Source: Octopus sinensis
Lineage: Eukaryota
Direction of reading: 5' to 3'
Assembly: GCF_006345805.1 (NCBI RefSeq)
Contig: NC_042999.1
Location: 11,284,001-11,348,000 of the forward strand
Length of the DNA: 64,000 nt
A model generated the notes under the pieces. It worked only from the letters and a program-made list of their open reading frames with translations, made no database searches and was not told where the DNA came from. Positions 11,826 through 23,960 of this stretch are shown here, in pieces; position 1 is the stretch's first letter; each line of letters begins with the position of its first letter. The translations under genes were made by a program, and so were the position numbers.

Positions 11826-12939
11826 CTATTAAAGAAATAAAAATCCAATCACCATGGAAACAGAAAAAACTAATTTGTCACAAAGCTTACATTTTAACTT
11901 GAAGTTACCTGAACAATTGGAACCTAATCAAAGTATCATTTTAGTTAATTAGTTGTTCAAATTCCATTAATAGATCATGATCAATTACTATAGGCACAAA
12001 TATGGCAGTGTGGTGGAGAAGCTTGCTTTCTAACTATGTGGTTCCAGGTTCAGTCCCACTACATGGCACATTGGGCACACACACAAGTGTGTGCGTGTGT
12101 CTTTGACATCATAAAATAGTCAAATGTGATCACAAGCAGTGTTGTTCATTTTCAATCTTCTGAGAAAAGATGATCAGCCATGATAAGAATAATCTGACTT
12201 GGAACCAAGTGATAATCGGTGAAAGGAAAGCAAATCTGGACAAAGAAAATCTGCTTCAACAAGTATTGTCCGAGCCATGCAAGAAAAGTGGGGAAAAAAC
12301 AGGGCATCGACACAAAGTTTATTGAAGCAGATATTTTATGGTCAGATGGCGTCCGTGTTGGTGACACGTAAAAGCACCAATCGATCGTGGCCGTTTGCCA
12401 GCCTCCTCTGGCTCCTGTGCCAGTGGCATGTAAAAAGCACCCACTACACTCATGGAAGGGCATCCAGCTGTAGAAACACTGCCAGATCAGACTGGAGCCT
12501 GGTGCAGCCTCCTGGCTTCCCAGACTCCAGTCGAACCGTCCAACCCATGCTAGCATGGAAAACGGACGTTAAACGATGATGATGATGTCTTTCCTGTCAC
12601 CTGAAGACATGTCAAGCTAAGTAAAACCGTGGTTGTTCTCGTATACAGGCATGTCCCCTGAATCCCTTTTCTGATGGGCATTCTTAATCTTGTGGGCACG
12701 TGGCTGCTGGTTCCATATAAAAAAGCACTGTGCCAGTGCCACGTAAATGCACCCAGTACACTTTGTAAAATGGTTGGCATTAGCAAGGGCATCCAGCTGT
12801 AGAAACCATGCCAAAACAGTCTGGGCCAGCTCCTGTCCAACCCATGCCAGCATGAAAAAAGGGTGTTAAACGAGGATCAGGATTCAATTATTATTAATAA
12901 ATGTACAATCATTATAAACACTTTGATTATTATTAAATA

Positions 12940-13133
12940 TTCTGTTGTATCTGGGGAGAGTCATTATTTTTGTGCCTTATTATGTAACACACTCACCGGT
13001 AAAATTTCCACGTTTTTTTCTTAACGAAAATTTTAGGACAATAAAAATAAGAAAAAAAGTGGAAATTATTACCAGTGAGGGTGTTACATAATAAGGCACA
13101 AAAACAAAATGACTCTCCCCAGACACAACAGAA
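12940..13133. repeat. Inverted repeat with about 75-bp arms; dispersed family also at about 57955-58110
   Basis: TTCTGTTGT.TCTGGGGAGAGTCATT...AATTTCCAC and its reverse complement. Confidence 0.9.
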
Positions 13134-13243
13134 CGTGCTTCAATACACAAACTCCTATAAAGAATCTTGCAAACCAAATCCAAAAAAGGAATATTATTAA
13201 AAAAGAGATTTCATTTATTCTACCTCAGACAAAATATACCTAC

Positions 13244-13324
13244 TTTTCACAGATCTGTCTAAATCGCTGCCAACAAGGGCCATGTTACTATCCTTCCAGT
13301 CATATTTCTTGGCTTTACGTAATC
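13244..13324 (-). CDS. Gelsolin-like protein, exon 2 ((G)LRKAKKYDWKDSNMALVGSDLDRSVK)
   Basis: tttcag| acceptor and |gtaggt donor, 81 nt. KAKKYDWKDSN is the characteristic N-terminus of invertebrate gelsolin/severin-like proteins. Confidence 0.95.
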
Positions 13325-14068
13325 CTGAAATAAATAAATATTTAGAAAAATAAAATCAAAAAATAAAAGCTTAAAATAACACAAAGCACAACATTTTTAC
13401 ATCTATTTTTCCCTCTTTTACTTATTTCAGACTGCGACCATCCTGGAGCAGGGACTTAAAAAATTTTAATGAAATGAATCAACCCCCAGCATTTTATAAA
13501 ACCTAGTACTCATTTTATCTGTCACATTTGTTGAATTGTTAAGTGATGGGGAAGTAAATAAACCAACACCAGTTGTAAGCAAAAACAAAGACACACAGAA
13601 AAGCTTCTTTCAGTTTCTGTCCATCAGATTCACACACAAGGCTCTGGTTGGCCCAACGCTGTAGTAGAAGACACTTGTCCAAGGTGCCATGAAGTGGGAC
13701 TGAACCCAGAACCATGAGATTGGGGAGCAAGATCAACAGTGATTCTACTCTACTGAAATGTATTGAGAAGGCTGTCTGTTTAATGTTAGCTTTTTTTGTT
13801 TGTTTGCCTTTTTTTTAGATATAATTTGACCTTCACAGCAATCTGCCAGAATCGGTTTGCACGCCAGGCAAAATGCTGCTAAGCGTTTGGCCTGGTTTTA
13901 GATTCTGAGTTCAATTTTGCTTTTGTTCCTTGCTTGATTTTGCCTTTCATCCTTTTGGGACCAATGAAATAAATACCAGTTGAGTACTGGGGGCCAATGT
14001 AATCAACTAACAAAATTTCAGACCCTTTTACCTACAACTGAAAGGATATATAGCTTGACATAAAAACA

Positions 14069-14117
<49 letters not shown>

Positions 14118-14119
<2 letters not shown>

Positions 14120-14302
14120 CCACATGTGAATCATTGGCAGTTTTCTTCCTCTGTCTTCTCTTCTATCAAACTTTCCTCTGTTTCCGAAGAAGAGCATCTG
14201 CTTGAAACGTTAAACCATCTTTCTTTCTTTCCCCGAGCATCCGCTACTATTTTACATGTACCATGTCCTTGCGTTGTTGTTTTGCTGTTTGTTCTTTTGG
14301 GG

Positions 14303-14307
<5 letters not shown>
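14118..14307 (+). mobile_element. Penelope-like terminal fragment between (TA)n tracts
   Basis: Contains CCGAAGA-AGAGC ATCT GCTT-GAAACGTT (degenerate hammerhead); bounded by TA repeats on both sides. Confidence 0.5.
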
Positions 14308-14363
<56 letters not shown>

Positions 14364-14452
14364 ATTTAAATTGCAGGTGAGAAATTAGATATTGATTTAA
14401 TTAACATCAATTTCACACCAGTGGTCTAGCATAATACAATTATATATATATA

Positions 14453-14493
<41 letters not shown>

Positions 14494-14974
14494 AACTCAG
14501 AACATTATTTCTGTTTTTTTTCATTCTCTCTCCATTTTTTGCCTCTTAATCCTTTCTGTCGAAGAGGACCCCATCTGTAAAGGGTTTGGGTTTATTGAAC
14601 TGGTCCTATACCTAGCTGGTATTAACTTTGAAAGCCACCTGCTGAGGACTCAATATATGCAATTGAAAAGAGCATTAAATTAAAATAGCCATCCATGTAT
14701 CACACCCAATGCATTAACAACCATGTTGCTGTGGTTTTCATCCATCCCTTCATAAATATATGTTAATAATATATATTACAAAAACGAGATGTAAATTGTC
14801 CCATCATTAACAAAGCTCAGGAAGGCAGAAATGCATTTGGCATTCTTGTGAATTATTGCCAGGAGGATTTTCATCTTACCTTGGTATATATTATGTTTTT
14901 AACTCAATATGTTTATGAAGATGTTCTCCCTCAGATGAAAACCACATAACCATGCTTCTCAAAGGTGTATATAT

Positions 14975-15356
14975 AGATGCAGGAGTGGCTGTGTGGTAAG
15001 TAGCTTGCTTAACAACCACATGGTTCCGGGTTCAGTCCCACTGTGTGGCACCTTGGGCAAGTGTTTTCTACTATAACCTCTGACCAAACAAAGCCTTGCG
15101 AGTGGATTTCATAGACAGAAACTGAAAGAAGCCTGTCGTATACATATATATGTGTGTGTGTCTGTGTTTGTCCCCTCAACATCGCTTGACAACCGATAGT
15201 GATGTGTTTATGTCCCTATAACTTAGCAGTTCGGCAAAAGAGACCGATAGAAAAAGTACTAGGCTTACAAAGAATAAGTCCTGGGGTCGATTTGCTTGAC
15301 TAAAGGTGGTGCTCCAGCATGGTCGCAGTCAGATGACTGAAACAAGTAAAAGAGTA
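14975..15356 (+). mobile_element. tRNA-derived SINE, third family (internal GT repeat, AAGAGT tail)
   Basis: A box TGGCTGTGTGG and B box GGTTCAGTCCC; near-identical to 25357-25715. Confidence 0.85.
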
Positions 15357-16374
15357 TACATTGAATATGATATGTAGATGGTTATTTTAACCTGACAAGA
15401 TTTTTATTGGGAACAGAGACAAAAAAAATAAAGAAAAAAAATATATACTGATTCTGCCAAAGGAGAGGGGAAGGTCTTCAATGGAATTACTATTTCACAT
15501 TATTAATGGTTTTAGTATTTCCTGGAATGTTGTAACCTTAACAACTTTTTAATTTCCAGAAAAGTTACATGAAATTTCATTAAAATTCATCTTTGATTTC
15601 CCAAATAATCATCTGTAAACATCTGATCAACCTATGATGAAGGACCAAAAAAAGGGATTTAACATCTTTCTCAATAAAAATACAATCTAGAAAAAAAAGA
15701 AAGAAAACATTTCGTTTTTTTTTTTTTAGTTGCTTTTGCATGAAAGCTTCACCCTCAGCAATTGCTGGACATTACTGTCGCTCAAGTACAGTGGTCACCC
15801 AGTGCCCATGGTGTGTAAGTGCCCAAGATCACAACACTGTCCCTGGATGGGACACCAATCTGTGACAGGGATATTCATCTACAGCTAAGTGGACTTAGAA
15901 GATCACAACACACTGCCCGGTCTAGGAATTGAAACCAGGATTTTACAATCACAAGTACAACAGCCCAACCACTATGCCACACAGCTTCACTGACATGATG
16001 TTTGGCCTGTAAGAAATAGCTACCAAATGCCTCCTCAAGCTGTACTCTGTAATCCTAAAGGAAGTGCACATTGGATAATGTACCCCATGATGCACAATGC
16101 TCCTGGCTGGAAAAGCTTTCAGCATAGGTTTGTCTGCTCAAAGCTGACCTGAGTGAGAGAAGAAACAAAGACCTGCCACTCACCTGGACGGGAATTGAAT
16201 GTTTTTGATGATTATGTTTTAAAGTTCGTTAAGTACAAGTACACATGAACCTATTTTGAAAGTGAGAAAGTGGATGGCAGTGATTTGAGGGTCTGACAAG
16301 GAACGGATAAATATTTGCAATGCACTGAAGCCTCTTCAGGACAGCAGCAACAGAAGATGAACAAACAATACATC

Positions 16375-16429
16375 TCACTCTCTCATCTGTCTGTGTGCGT
16401 GTGTTTTTTTCTCTCTCTTTCGTGTGTGT

Positions 16430-16468
<39 letters not shown>

Positions 16469-16528
16469 TGTGTGTGTTTCTCTCTCTCTCTTTTGTGTGT
16501 GTTTTCTCTCTCTCTCTGTGTGTGTGTG

Positions 16529-16580
<52 letters not shown>

Positions 16581-16800
16581 TGTGTGTTTTCTCTCTCTCT
16601 CTCTCGTGTGTGTGTTTTCTCTCTCTCTCTCTTCGTGTGTGTGTGTGTGTGTGTGTTTTCTCTCTCTCTCATGTGTGTGCGTGTGTGTGTATTTTCTCTC
16701 TCTCTCTCATGTGTGTGTGTGTGTGTGTATTTTCTCTCTCTCTTTCTCGTGTGTGTGTGTGTTTTTTTCTCTCTCTCTCTCTGATGTGTGTGTGTGTGTA
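16375..16800. repeat. Compound (CT)n/(GT)n microsatellite with repeating block structure
   Basis: Alternating TTTT-(CT)n-(GT)n blocks. Confidence 0.95.
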
Positions 16801-18171
16801 AAATTGAGTGGACAAATGAAAGAAAGCAGCACCCAATACATTTGGTACAAGTTAAATATATTCTTAAAAAACAGATGTCTTCTCCTGAAATCTGAGGAGA
16901 TGGGGCCATTTCTATGTCCCCATGAAACTAAGGCATATAGAGCCGACTCAAACTGGTATTAAATTATTCTATGCAAGATTAAGAACCTTGCTTCCCAACT
17001 ATTTGGTCTGACATTCAATCCCACTGCACGGCACCTTGGATTCTTGGACAAATGTCTTCTACTACGGAATTGGTCTGATTAAAAAAAGCCTTGCAAGTGG
17101 ATTTGGCAGATGGAAACTGGAAGAAGCCCATCCTGAGTGTGTGTGTGTTTACATTGGTATATCTGTGAGACTCATTCAGCTCGAGGCAGTGATGTTGCTT
17201 CCAGCCTCCCGATCTACAATTCATCTCCTGGCTTTGTGTCTGAAGACTTGTGAAATAAAACATCCTTTCCTTTGGAGGAGGGTTAGTGACAGGAAGTGCA
17301 CCCAGCTCTAAAACAATACTTCAGTCATACATTTGGCTGACTCATTTTCGAAAAAAGACACAAAAAATAACTTAGAAAAAAAAAGACACAAAAATTCACA
17401 AAAAAAAAAAAACTATATATCTCCATAGAAACAAAATATAAAAGCATAAAATAACTGAGGATTTTTAAATGGGACAATTGAAAAAAAAAAAAAGATCCAC
17501 CCACAGCTAAAATCACATGACTAATCCACTTCGAGGCACAACAGGATTGTCATTGAGTTGGTATGGCTTCTTGGCAAGTAACAATAGAAAGAAGAAGAAG
17601 AAGAAAAGGCAAGACAATAAATGCTACAAAATATGTTGGTGTTTTCTGGTATTTATTTATAAAAAAAAAAATATTGCCAAATAAGGAAATGTTGAATTAT
17701 TTTATAAAAATGTAAGATTCCTAGCTTGAAAAATAAGCAACTTGTCAAACAGGTTTTGACATTAGGTGACAGAAATATCAACGAAAGACTTCACGTCTTT
17801 TATTGTAGATTTTTAGACAAAAGGGAGAATTTTTTATGGTATTTACCCTCGAGGTTGACTTTGACAGCATAGATTTCTGCTTAAAAATATTCTAACCGTA
17901 ACCACCCAGACTTTAATGGATCTATTCAGATGGTAGGGTGTAATTTAGCTACTATTCTTAGCTGGTCGAGTGTTCATAGACAACACCTACATGACACTGA
18001 AAGTAAGAAAGCAAATCTGTTTTTCCAAGTTTAAAATATAAAAGTTTATGTCAGAATAACAGCAACAAATGATTGCTATATTTGATGGCAAATGAGAGGC
18101 AATCTTTATTTTTTACCAAAACAATATCTCACCATCACCAGGTCCCATATGCAAAACGGGGCCTCGTTTAA

Positions 18172-18375
18172 CCCTTTTGCATTCAGTTTACTCTGTCAAA
18201 TCTAATGCTTATTTATTTCCATTATTTTGAACTGATCGTTCATTATCTTGTAGCTTCAAGAGTTTGGTGATGTGATTATTTTTACAGTGACATTGAAGGG
18301 TAGGTATGAGAGGCTAAATCAGGCCAGTTTGAACATAAAACAGGGAAAATATTTGGGCCACATATAGCTAAAGGG
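18172..18375. mobile_element. piggyBac-like MITE
   Basis: TTAA-CCCTTTTGC...GCTAAAGGG-TTAA. Related copies at 39653-40096 and about 45708-45918. Confidence 0.7.
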
Positions 18376-18532
18376 TTAATGCATTGCAATCCCTTTTTCG
18401 GCCATGCATCTAATGCAGGCACAGACACACCCAGATCAATTCCTCCTTATCTTATACAAATATTGATTGATTTCGTATTAGTTTTACCAAAAGGTTATTC
18501 ATCTCTTACACATTCTGCTACCTGATAGTCTT

Positions 18533-18838
18533 GTGGAAGCACATGGCCTAGTGGTCAGAGAAGCGGTCTCGCGGTCGAGGGATCGCAGGTTCGAATCTCA
18601 GACCAGGCAATATGTGTGTTTATGAGCGAAACACCTAAGCTCCACGCGGCTCCGGCAGAAGGTAATGGCGAACTTCTGCTGACTCTTTCGCCACAACTTT
18701 CTCTCACTCTTTCCTCCTGCATCTTGCAGCTCACCTGCGACAGACCGGCGTCCCGTCCAGGTGGGGAACCTATACGCCAAGAAACCGGGAAACCGGCCCT
18801 TATGAGCCAGGCATGACTCGAGAAGGAACAAACAACAA
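18533..18838 (+). mobile_element. Young tRNA-derived SINE with 13-bp TSD
   Basis: A box TGGCCTAGTGG, B box GGTTCGAATCT and AAC tail. ACCTGATAGTCTT is duplicated at 18520-18532 and 18839-18851. Relatives at about 11060-11465(-), 19805-20047(-), 39742-40000(+), 15840-15990(-) and 49280-49450(-). Confidence 0.9.
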
Positions 18839-21800
18839 ACCTGATAGTCTTCCCACCACCACCAAACACTTCATTTCCATTCTTATCTCTTTGTAATTCC
18901 TTCTATCAACAATGGTCAATTATAAGAAATACTTCAAACAAATGGAAACTGAGATTTTTTTTATCCTAATTTTCTTTATGACTGCAACTGGCTTTCATCT
19001 TTTACATGTTCCAGTCATTGGACTACAGCCATGAACAAATCAACCCCAGAACTTATTTCTTCCCCTAGTCTGGTACATATTCTGTCTCTTTGGCTGAACT
19101 GCTAAGTTAAAGGGATTAAACAAACCAACACCAGTTGTCAAACAGTAAGTCAAAATATAGACCTAAACATACGTATGCCTACATCATCATCATCGTTTAA
19201 CATCTGCTTTCCATGCTGGCATGGGTTGGACAGTTTGACTGAGGACTGGTGAGCTAGAAGGCTGCACCAGGCTCCAATGTGATCAGGCAAGGTTTCTACA
19301 GTTGGATGTCCTTCCTAACACCAACCACTCCGTGAGTGTAGTGGGCTCTTTTTATGTGCCACTGGCACGGGAGCTAGTCAGGTGGTAGTGGCATTGACCA
19401 CACTTGAATGGTGCTTTTCATGTGCCACTGGCAGAGGGGCCAGTCAGATGGCACTGGCATTATATAAATAGATATGTGACAGGCTTCCACCAAGTTTCCA
19501 CCTATTATATTCACTTACAAGGTACTGGTCAGCTTAGAGCTATAAAAAAACACTTGCCCAAGGGGTCACACAGTGATATTGAACCCAAACCACCTGGCTG
19601 CAAAACAAGCCTACACAGCCATGCCTGTGACCAGCCCCCACTCTCCTTGCTAGTTTAGGTTCAATATGGTCACCAGGTGTCAAAACCTCGTTTCATTTCA
19701 TTTCAAGCCTAATACTGACCCACCTGATCAGCTACCTGTTTCTTTACTACCCACAAGGGGCTAAACACAGAGAGAACAAACAAGGACAGACAAACAAATT
19801 TGTTTTTTCCCCCCAGCTGGACGGGATGCCAGTCCATCGCAGCATTACTCAAGAAACAGGAAGAAAGAGTAAGAGAAAGTTGGGGCGAAAGAGTACAACA
19901 GGGGTCGCCACCACCCCCTGCCGGAGCCTCGTGGAGCTTTAGGTGTTTTCGCTCAATAAACACACACAACACTCGGTCTGGGAATCGAAACCACGATCCT
20001 CTGACCGCGAGTCCGCTGCCCTAACCATCGGGCCATTGCACCTCCACTTATCTACCTGATCTACTACCTCCCCCCCCACACAAACCCATACTTTGGTCCA
20101 CCTTCAAAACAGTCGTCTTCCATGATCGACCCACATCACTCAGACCCGTGTCATCCATTCACATCCAGAATGATCTCAGCTGAAAACTTTATCGATCCGT
20201 TATGGGTTTTCTTGTTTCCCATTTCATTTTTGATGAAAAGAAAAATGATTTAGTCAAAGGTACAGACATGGCTGTGTGGTAAGAAGCTTACTTTCTAACC
20301 ACGTGGTTCCAGGTTCAGTCTCACTCTCCAACACAAAATGTCTTGTGAGTGGAATTCGGTAGACGGAAATTGAAAGAAGCCAGTTGTGTCTGTCCCCCAC
20401 TACTGCTCAACTTTTTTCTTTTCAAATGGCTAATAATGTGTGCGCGCGCCACTACTACACACATTGGAAAGCATTGTACAACCAAGCACTGAAGAAGATC
20501 TTTCCTCCTCCATGAAACAAAGCTGTTCCCGCTGGACGTCAACCCAGTATTTCTAAGCTACGGGCTGAGTGATTTATTGTAAGGTTATCTCCCTAGATAG
20601 ATTGCCTTCACTATGGCTAAGGAGCCCTTTCTACCCCACTGACACAGGTTGTACTGGTTTACAGCTGACCAGTAGCAGGATCCGATGCTGCATACATCGG
20701 TCAAACAACGATGATGACTGCTTGACAACTGGTATTGGTGTATTTACATCCACATAACTTAGCAGTTCAGCAAAAGAGACCAATAGAATAAGAACCAGGC
20801 TGAACAGAAACAAAAGTGGTGTGACTAATTCATTTGGCTAAAACTTCCTCAAAGGCAAGTGCTCCAGCATGGCCAGGGTCTAGTGACTGAACGAAAGTAA
20901 AAAGATAAAGACGTAAATGTTAAAAATAAAATAAAATTAGAAAAAGTAAACGTTACCCCAGCCATGACCACCTCTGTCAAATGCGAGGCAGCCATGAATT
21001 CCCTTTACAACAACAAACCTCTTTCTGTTGTTTTCACCAGAAATCCACCTCTAAACACCCCACCCAGTTCACCTATTTCTCTTCTCAGGTGAGGGAAGGC
21101 TTTGGCCAGGTGACTTACAAAGCAATAACAATTATGTTGATGCCATGCAAAATGCATCTCTGTAAATAGTCAGGTGAGGGATCTTACCACAGGCTGACGA
21201 GACCTGCTTCTGTAACCATGGAAACCTGTTCTAAGTAGACAGATAAAAAGAGAGATATTCATTTTACACACACACGTATGTCTCTCTCAGAATGTGTGGG
21301 TATGTAGCTTAATAGTTTGGGCATTTGGTTCACTATTCTTGGTTCAATTCCTAGATCCAGCAGCACATAGTATCCTTGAGCAAGGTACTTCATTCCATAT
21401 TGTTCCAATCTCCTCATTTGAAAATTAGTACCAGCCTAGTACTATTGGTGCAACATCATCTCCCTCTCCCCTCCCCATCTCTCTCTCCATCTAACACCTG
21501 GAGGTGTTGCCAGATCAAAGGTCAGGAGAGTGAAGGTGCCGTCTATGTCTGCTCATGATTATACAGGCACCTTAAACAATCAATGAAAATATGGTACACA
21601 TTATACCAGGCCATCCTCATTGATGACAGCTGGCTCAGCTAGGGTATTTCACTATAGTGACATTTATTTTCCATGCTGTGTGTGCCACAGAGAAGCACTC
21701 ATCTGCCACATCTTGGAAAGATCACATCCCAAACTAGGCATCAAATTCCATTTTCTATTTAGCATTTAATCTTTAGAAATTGAAAAGTTTTAAAAAGTTG

Positions 21801-22249
21801 AAGCTCATTTGTGAATCATCTGAAATCCCTCCCCTTGCTTTCCTACACAAAACAGAGTTTATGCTGTAAGCTCATAGCTGCAGAGTTTTCAGGCAAATTG
21901 AGAATAGTTATTTATAATTAACCATAATAAATGTTAACATTAATTGCTACAAATGATAATATAATTATAATGTATCACAATAACATCATAACTAATCGTA
22001 ATAAATAACATGATTCTAATTAATCATACAAAATGATATCAGTGAAATTATTAACACCAGATGTCAGTCCAGTCGAAAAGAAATCTGAAATAATATTTTG
22101 CTCATAAATACTTTGTTCTGTCTGAAAAGAAATTGTATTTTTAAAGCAGTGCACCGGCCAGCTGGTGCAGTCGCTCACAACGGCAGGATTGTGCATGAAG
22201 GACTTTGATCTGCAATTGGTTATTGACTGGCACATGTTACACTGAGTTT

Positions 22250-22760
22250 CTCTTCTTTGCAGTTGGTGATTTGTTACAAGTTAAAACAAAGAAGAATTTG
22301 CAAGAGAAAATAGGTTTGTTTGGAATTTTACAGAAATTGTTCTGATGTTGCAAAACCAATCACTAATGCCATGAAAGGTTCGAGAGTTTTAAATCATGAA
22401 GAATATCCAAAGATGATTCCAAATCCATATCAATGGACAACTATCACATTGTGAACGGCTGATCTGTGATCTGTGAAAATCGTGGTCATGTTGACCATCA
22501 GGTTTCCAAAGAAGTAGGCATCTGCAAAAGTTTTGCACTTCATGATATCAAAAGAAGAATTCAAGATGCAAAATTGGTTTTCAATCATTAGTCAGAGAGA
22601 TAAAAAAAAAATGGAATTGAGTTGCTGTTAGTCATGAACTGGCTGCTAATTGGAATGCCAAAGAAGACTTTCAGAAAAGGACCACATAACTGGTGACAAA
22701 ATGAAGGGGTTCTGCCACTTGTGATGCTGCCTTTCTGAAAGTTTCCATCGGAATTCAAAT
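22250..22760 (+). mobile_element. Heavily decayed mariner-like transposase remnant
   Basis: Fragmentary FKS.RISKDD, KxW(V) and ITGD motifs in the mariner order; no clear TIRs. Confidence 0.45.
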
Positions 22761-23111
22761 GATCAAACAGCAACTCAATCCTCTTGTGTCTAACAACAAA
22801 ACAAGATGGCGATCGTAGCAGTAGGGGACACCCTCTTGGCTGAAGCACCCTTGGCCCATTGAGGATGTGCTGGTGGGAAGGAGAGAGAGACAGCTGCACC
22901 AATCTTTGACTGATACTCATTGGCAGTTAAATAGATTGGAATAGCACAAAATGGAATGCCTTGTCCAAGAACACAACATATTGCTCAGGCCAAGAATTGA
23001 ACTCACAACACAATGATCATGTGCACAACACCGTCACCCCTGGACTAATTAACTTCACCATACTCTCAAAATGACATTAATTAGAGCAAACTTAATTCTT
23101 TTTAATGAATG

Positions 23112-23478
23112 GTGGCACATAAAAAGCACCATCAAAACATGACCGATGCCAGTGCCCCTTGACTGGCTCCTGTGCCAGTGGCACATAGAAAGCACCATCC
23201 ATTTGTGGCCGGTGCCAGTGTCCCTTGACTGGCTCCCATGCCAGTGGCACATAAGAAGCACTATCCGAACGTGTTTGATACCAGGCCCACCTGACTGGCT
23301 CCTGTGCCAGTAGCACATAAAAAGCACCTGCTACACTCTCGGAGCGGTTGGTGTTAGGAAGGGCATCCATCTGTAGAAATCTTGCCAGATCAGACTGTGG
23401 CCTCCTGGCTTGCCAGTCCCCAGTCAACCCGTCCAACCCATGTCAACATGGAAAACTGATGTTAAACAATGATGATGA
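23112..23478 (+). mobile_element. RTE 3'-end fragment with tandem 66-bp modules
   Basis: Module starts at 23112, 23178, 23244 and 23310, then the standard RTE terminus and GAT tail. Confidence 0.85.
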
Positions 23479-23491
23479 ACAAAACAAATTA

Positions 23492-23960
23492 TGGAGTAAA
23501 GATTATTTGCCAACATAACATGGAAATCCTGGTTTAGGATGAATGTTGCTGTGATTTAACCCCAGGAGACATCGTCTCCAACTGGCTATACGACACGATC
23601 TGTGTCCTTATATTTTCGAACAAGGGAATCTAGCACCCCCACTCAGCTCAAAACAATATCTGTGTATTGCGATTTCTGGGTTATTTCACTTCATCAGCAC
23701 AGAATAATTTTTCGGCTAGAGGTGACACTGTCAAATTTCCATTCGAAATATAGAGTTTTCAAAGTGAAACTAGTCATTGCTCTATAAATTAGATATTGTT
23801 TTGAGCTGAGTGGGGGTGCTAGATTCCCTTGTTTGAAAATATAAGCACACAGATCATGTTGTATAGCCAGCTGGAGACGATGTCTCCTGGGGCTAAATCA
23901 CAGCAGCATTCGTCCTAAACTAGGACTGCCATGTTATGTTGGCAAATAATCTTTGCTCCA
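23492..23960. repeat. Long inverted repeat: 170-bp arms, 129-bp spacer
   Basis: 23492-23661 is the near reverse complement of 23791-23960. Confidence 0.95.
23659..23703 (-). ncRNA. Minimal type I hammerhead ribozyme motif (AUA triplet) in the loop of a long inverted repeat
   Basis: Minus strand: UCUGUG-CUGAUGA-AGUG AAAUAA CCCA-GAAAU CGCA AUA-CACAGA. Perfect 6-bp helix I and intact core; helix II is weak. Confidence 0.6.

Noticed and set aside
16229-16962. Long ORFs of 125-226 aa
   Set aside because: Low-complexity translations of the (CT)/(GT) microsatellite.
17324-17345. ATGAGTCAGCCAAAT|GTATGA as an alternative first exon
   Set aside because: The GTATGA donor is phase 0, and the phase-1 option (ATGA|GTCAGC) is a weak donor; unsupported without RNA data.
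18533-18612. tRNA gene
   Set aside because: It is the tRNA-like head of a SINE with body, tail and TSD; no proper acceptor stem.
20484-20535. Plus-strand CTGAAGA...GAAAC hammerhead candidate
   Set aside because: Neither helix I nor helix II pairs.
23112-23340. Palindromic repeat plus variable linker resembling a CRISPR array
   Set aside because: The linkers are homologous to one another and the array is part of a LINE 3' UTR.
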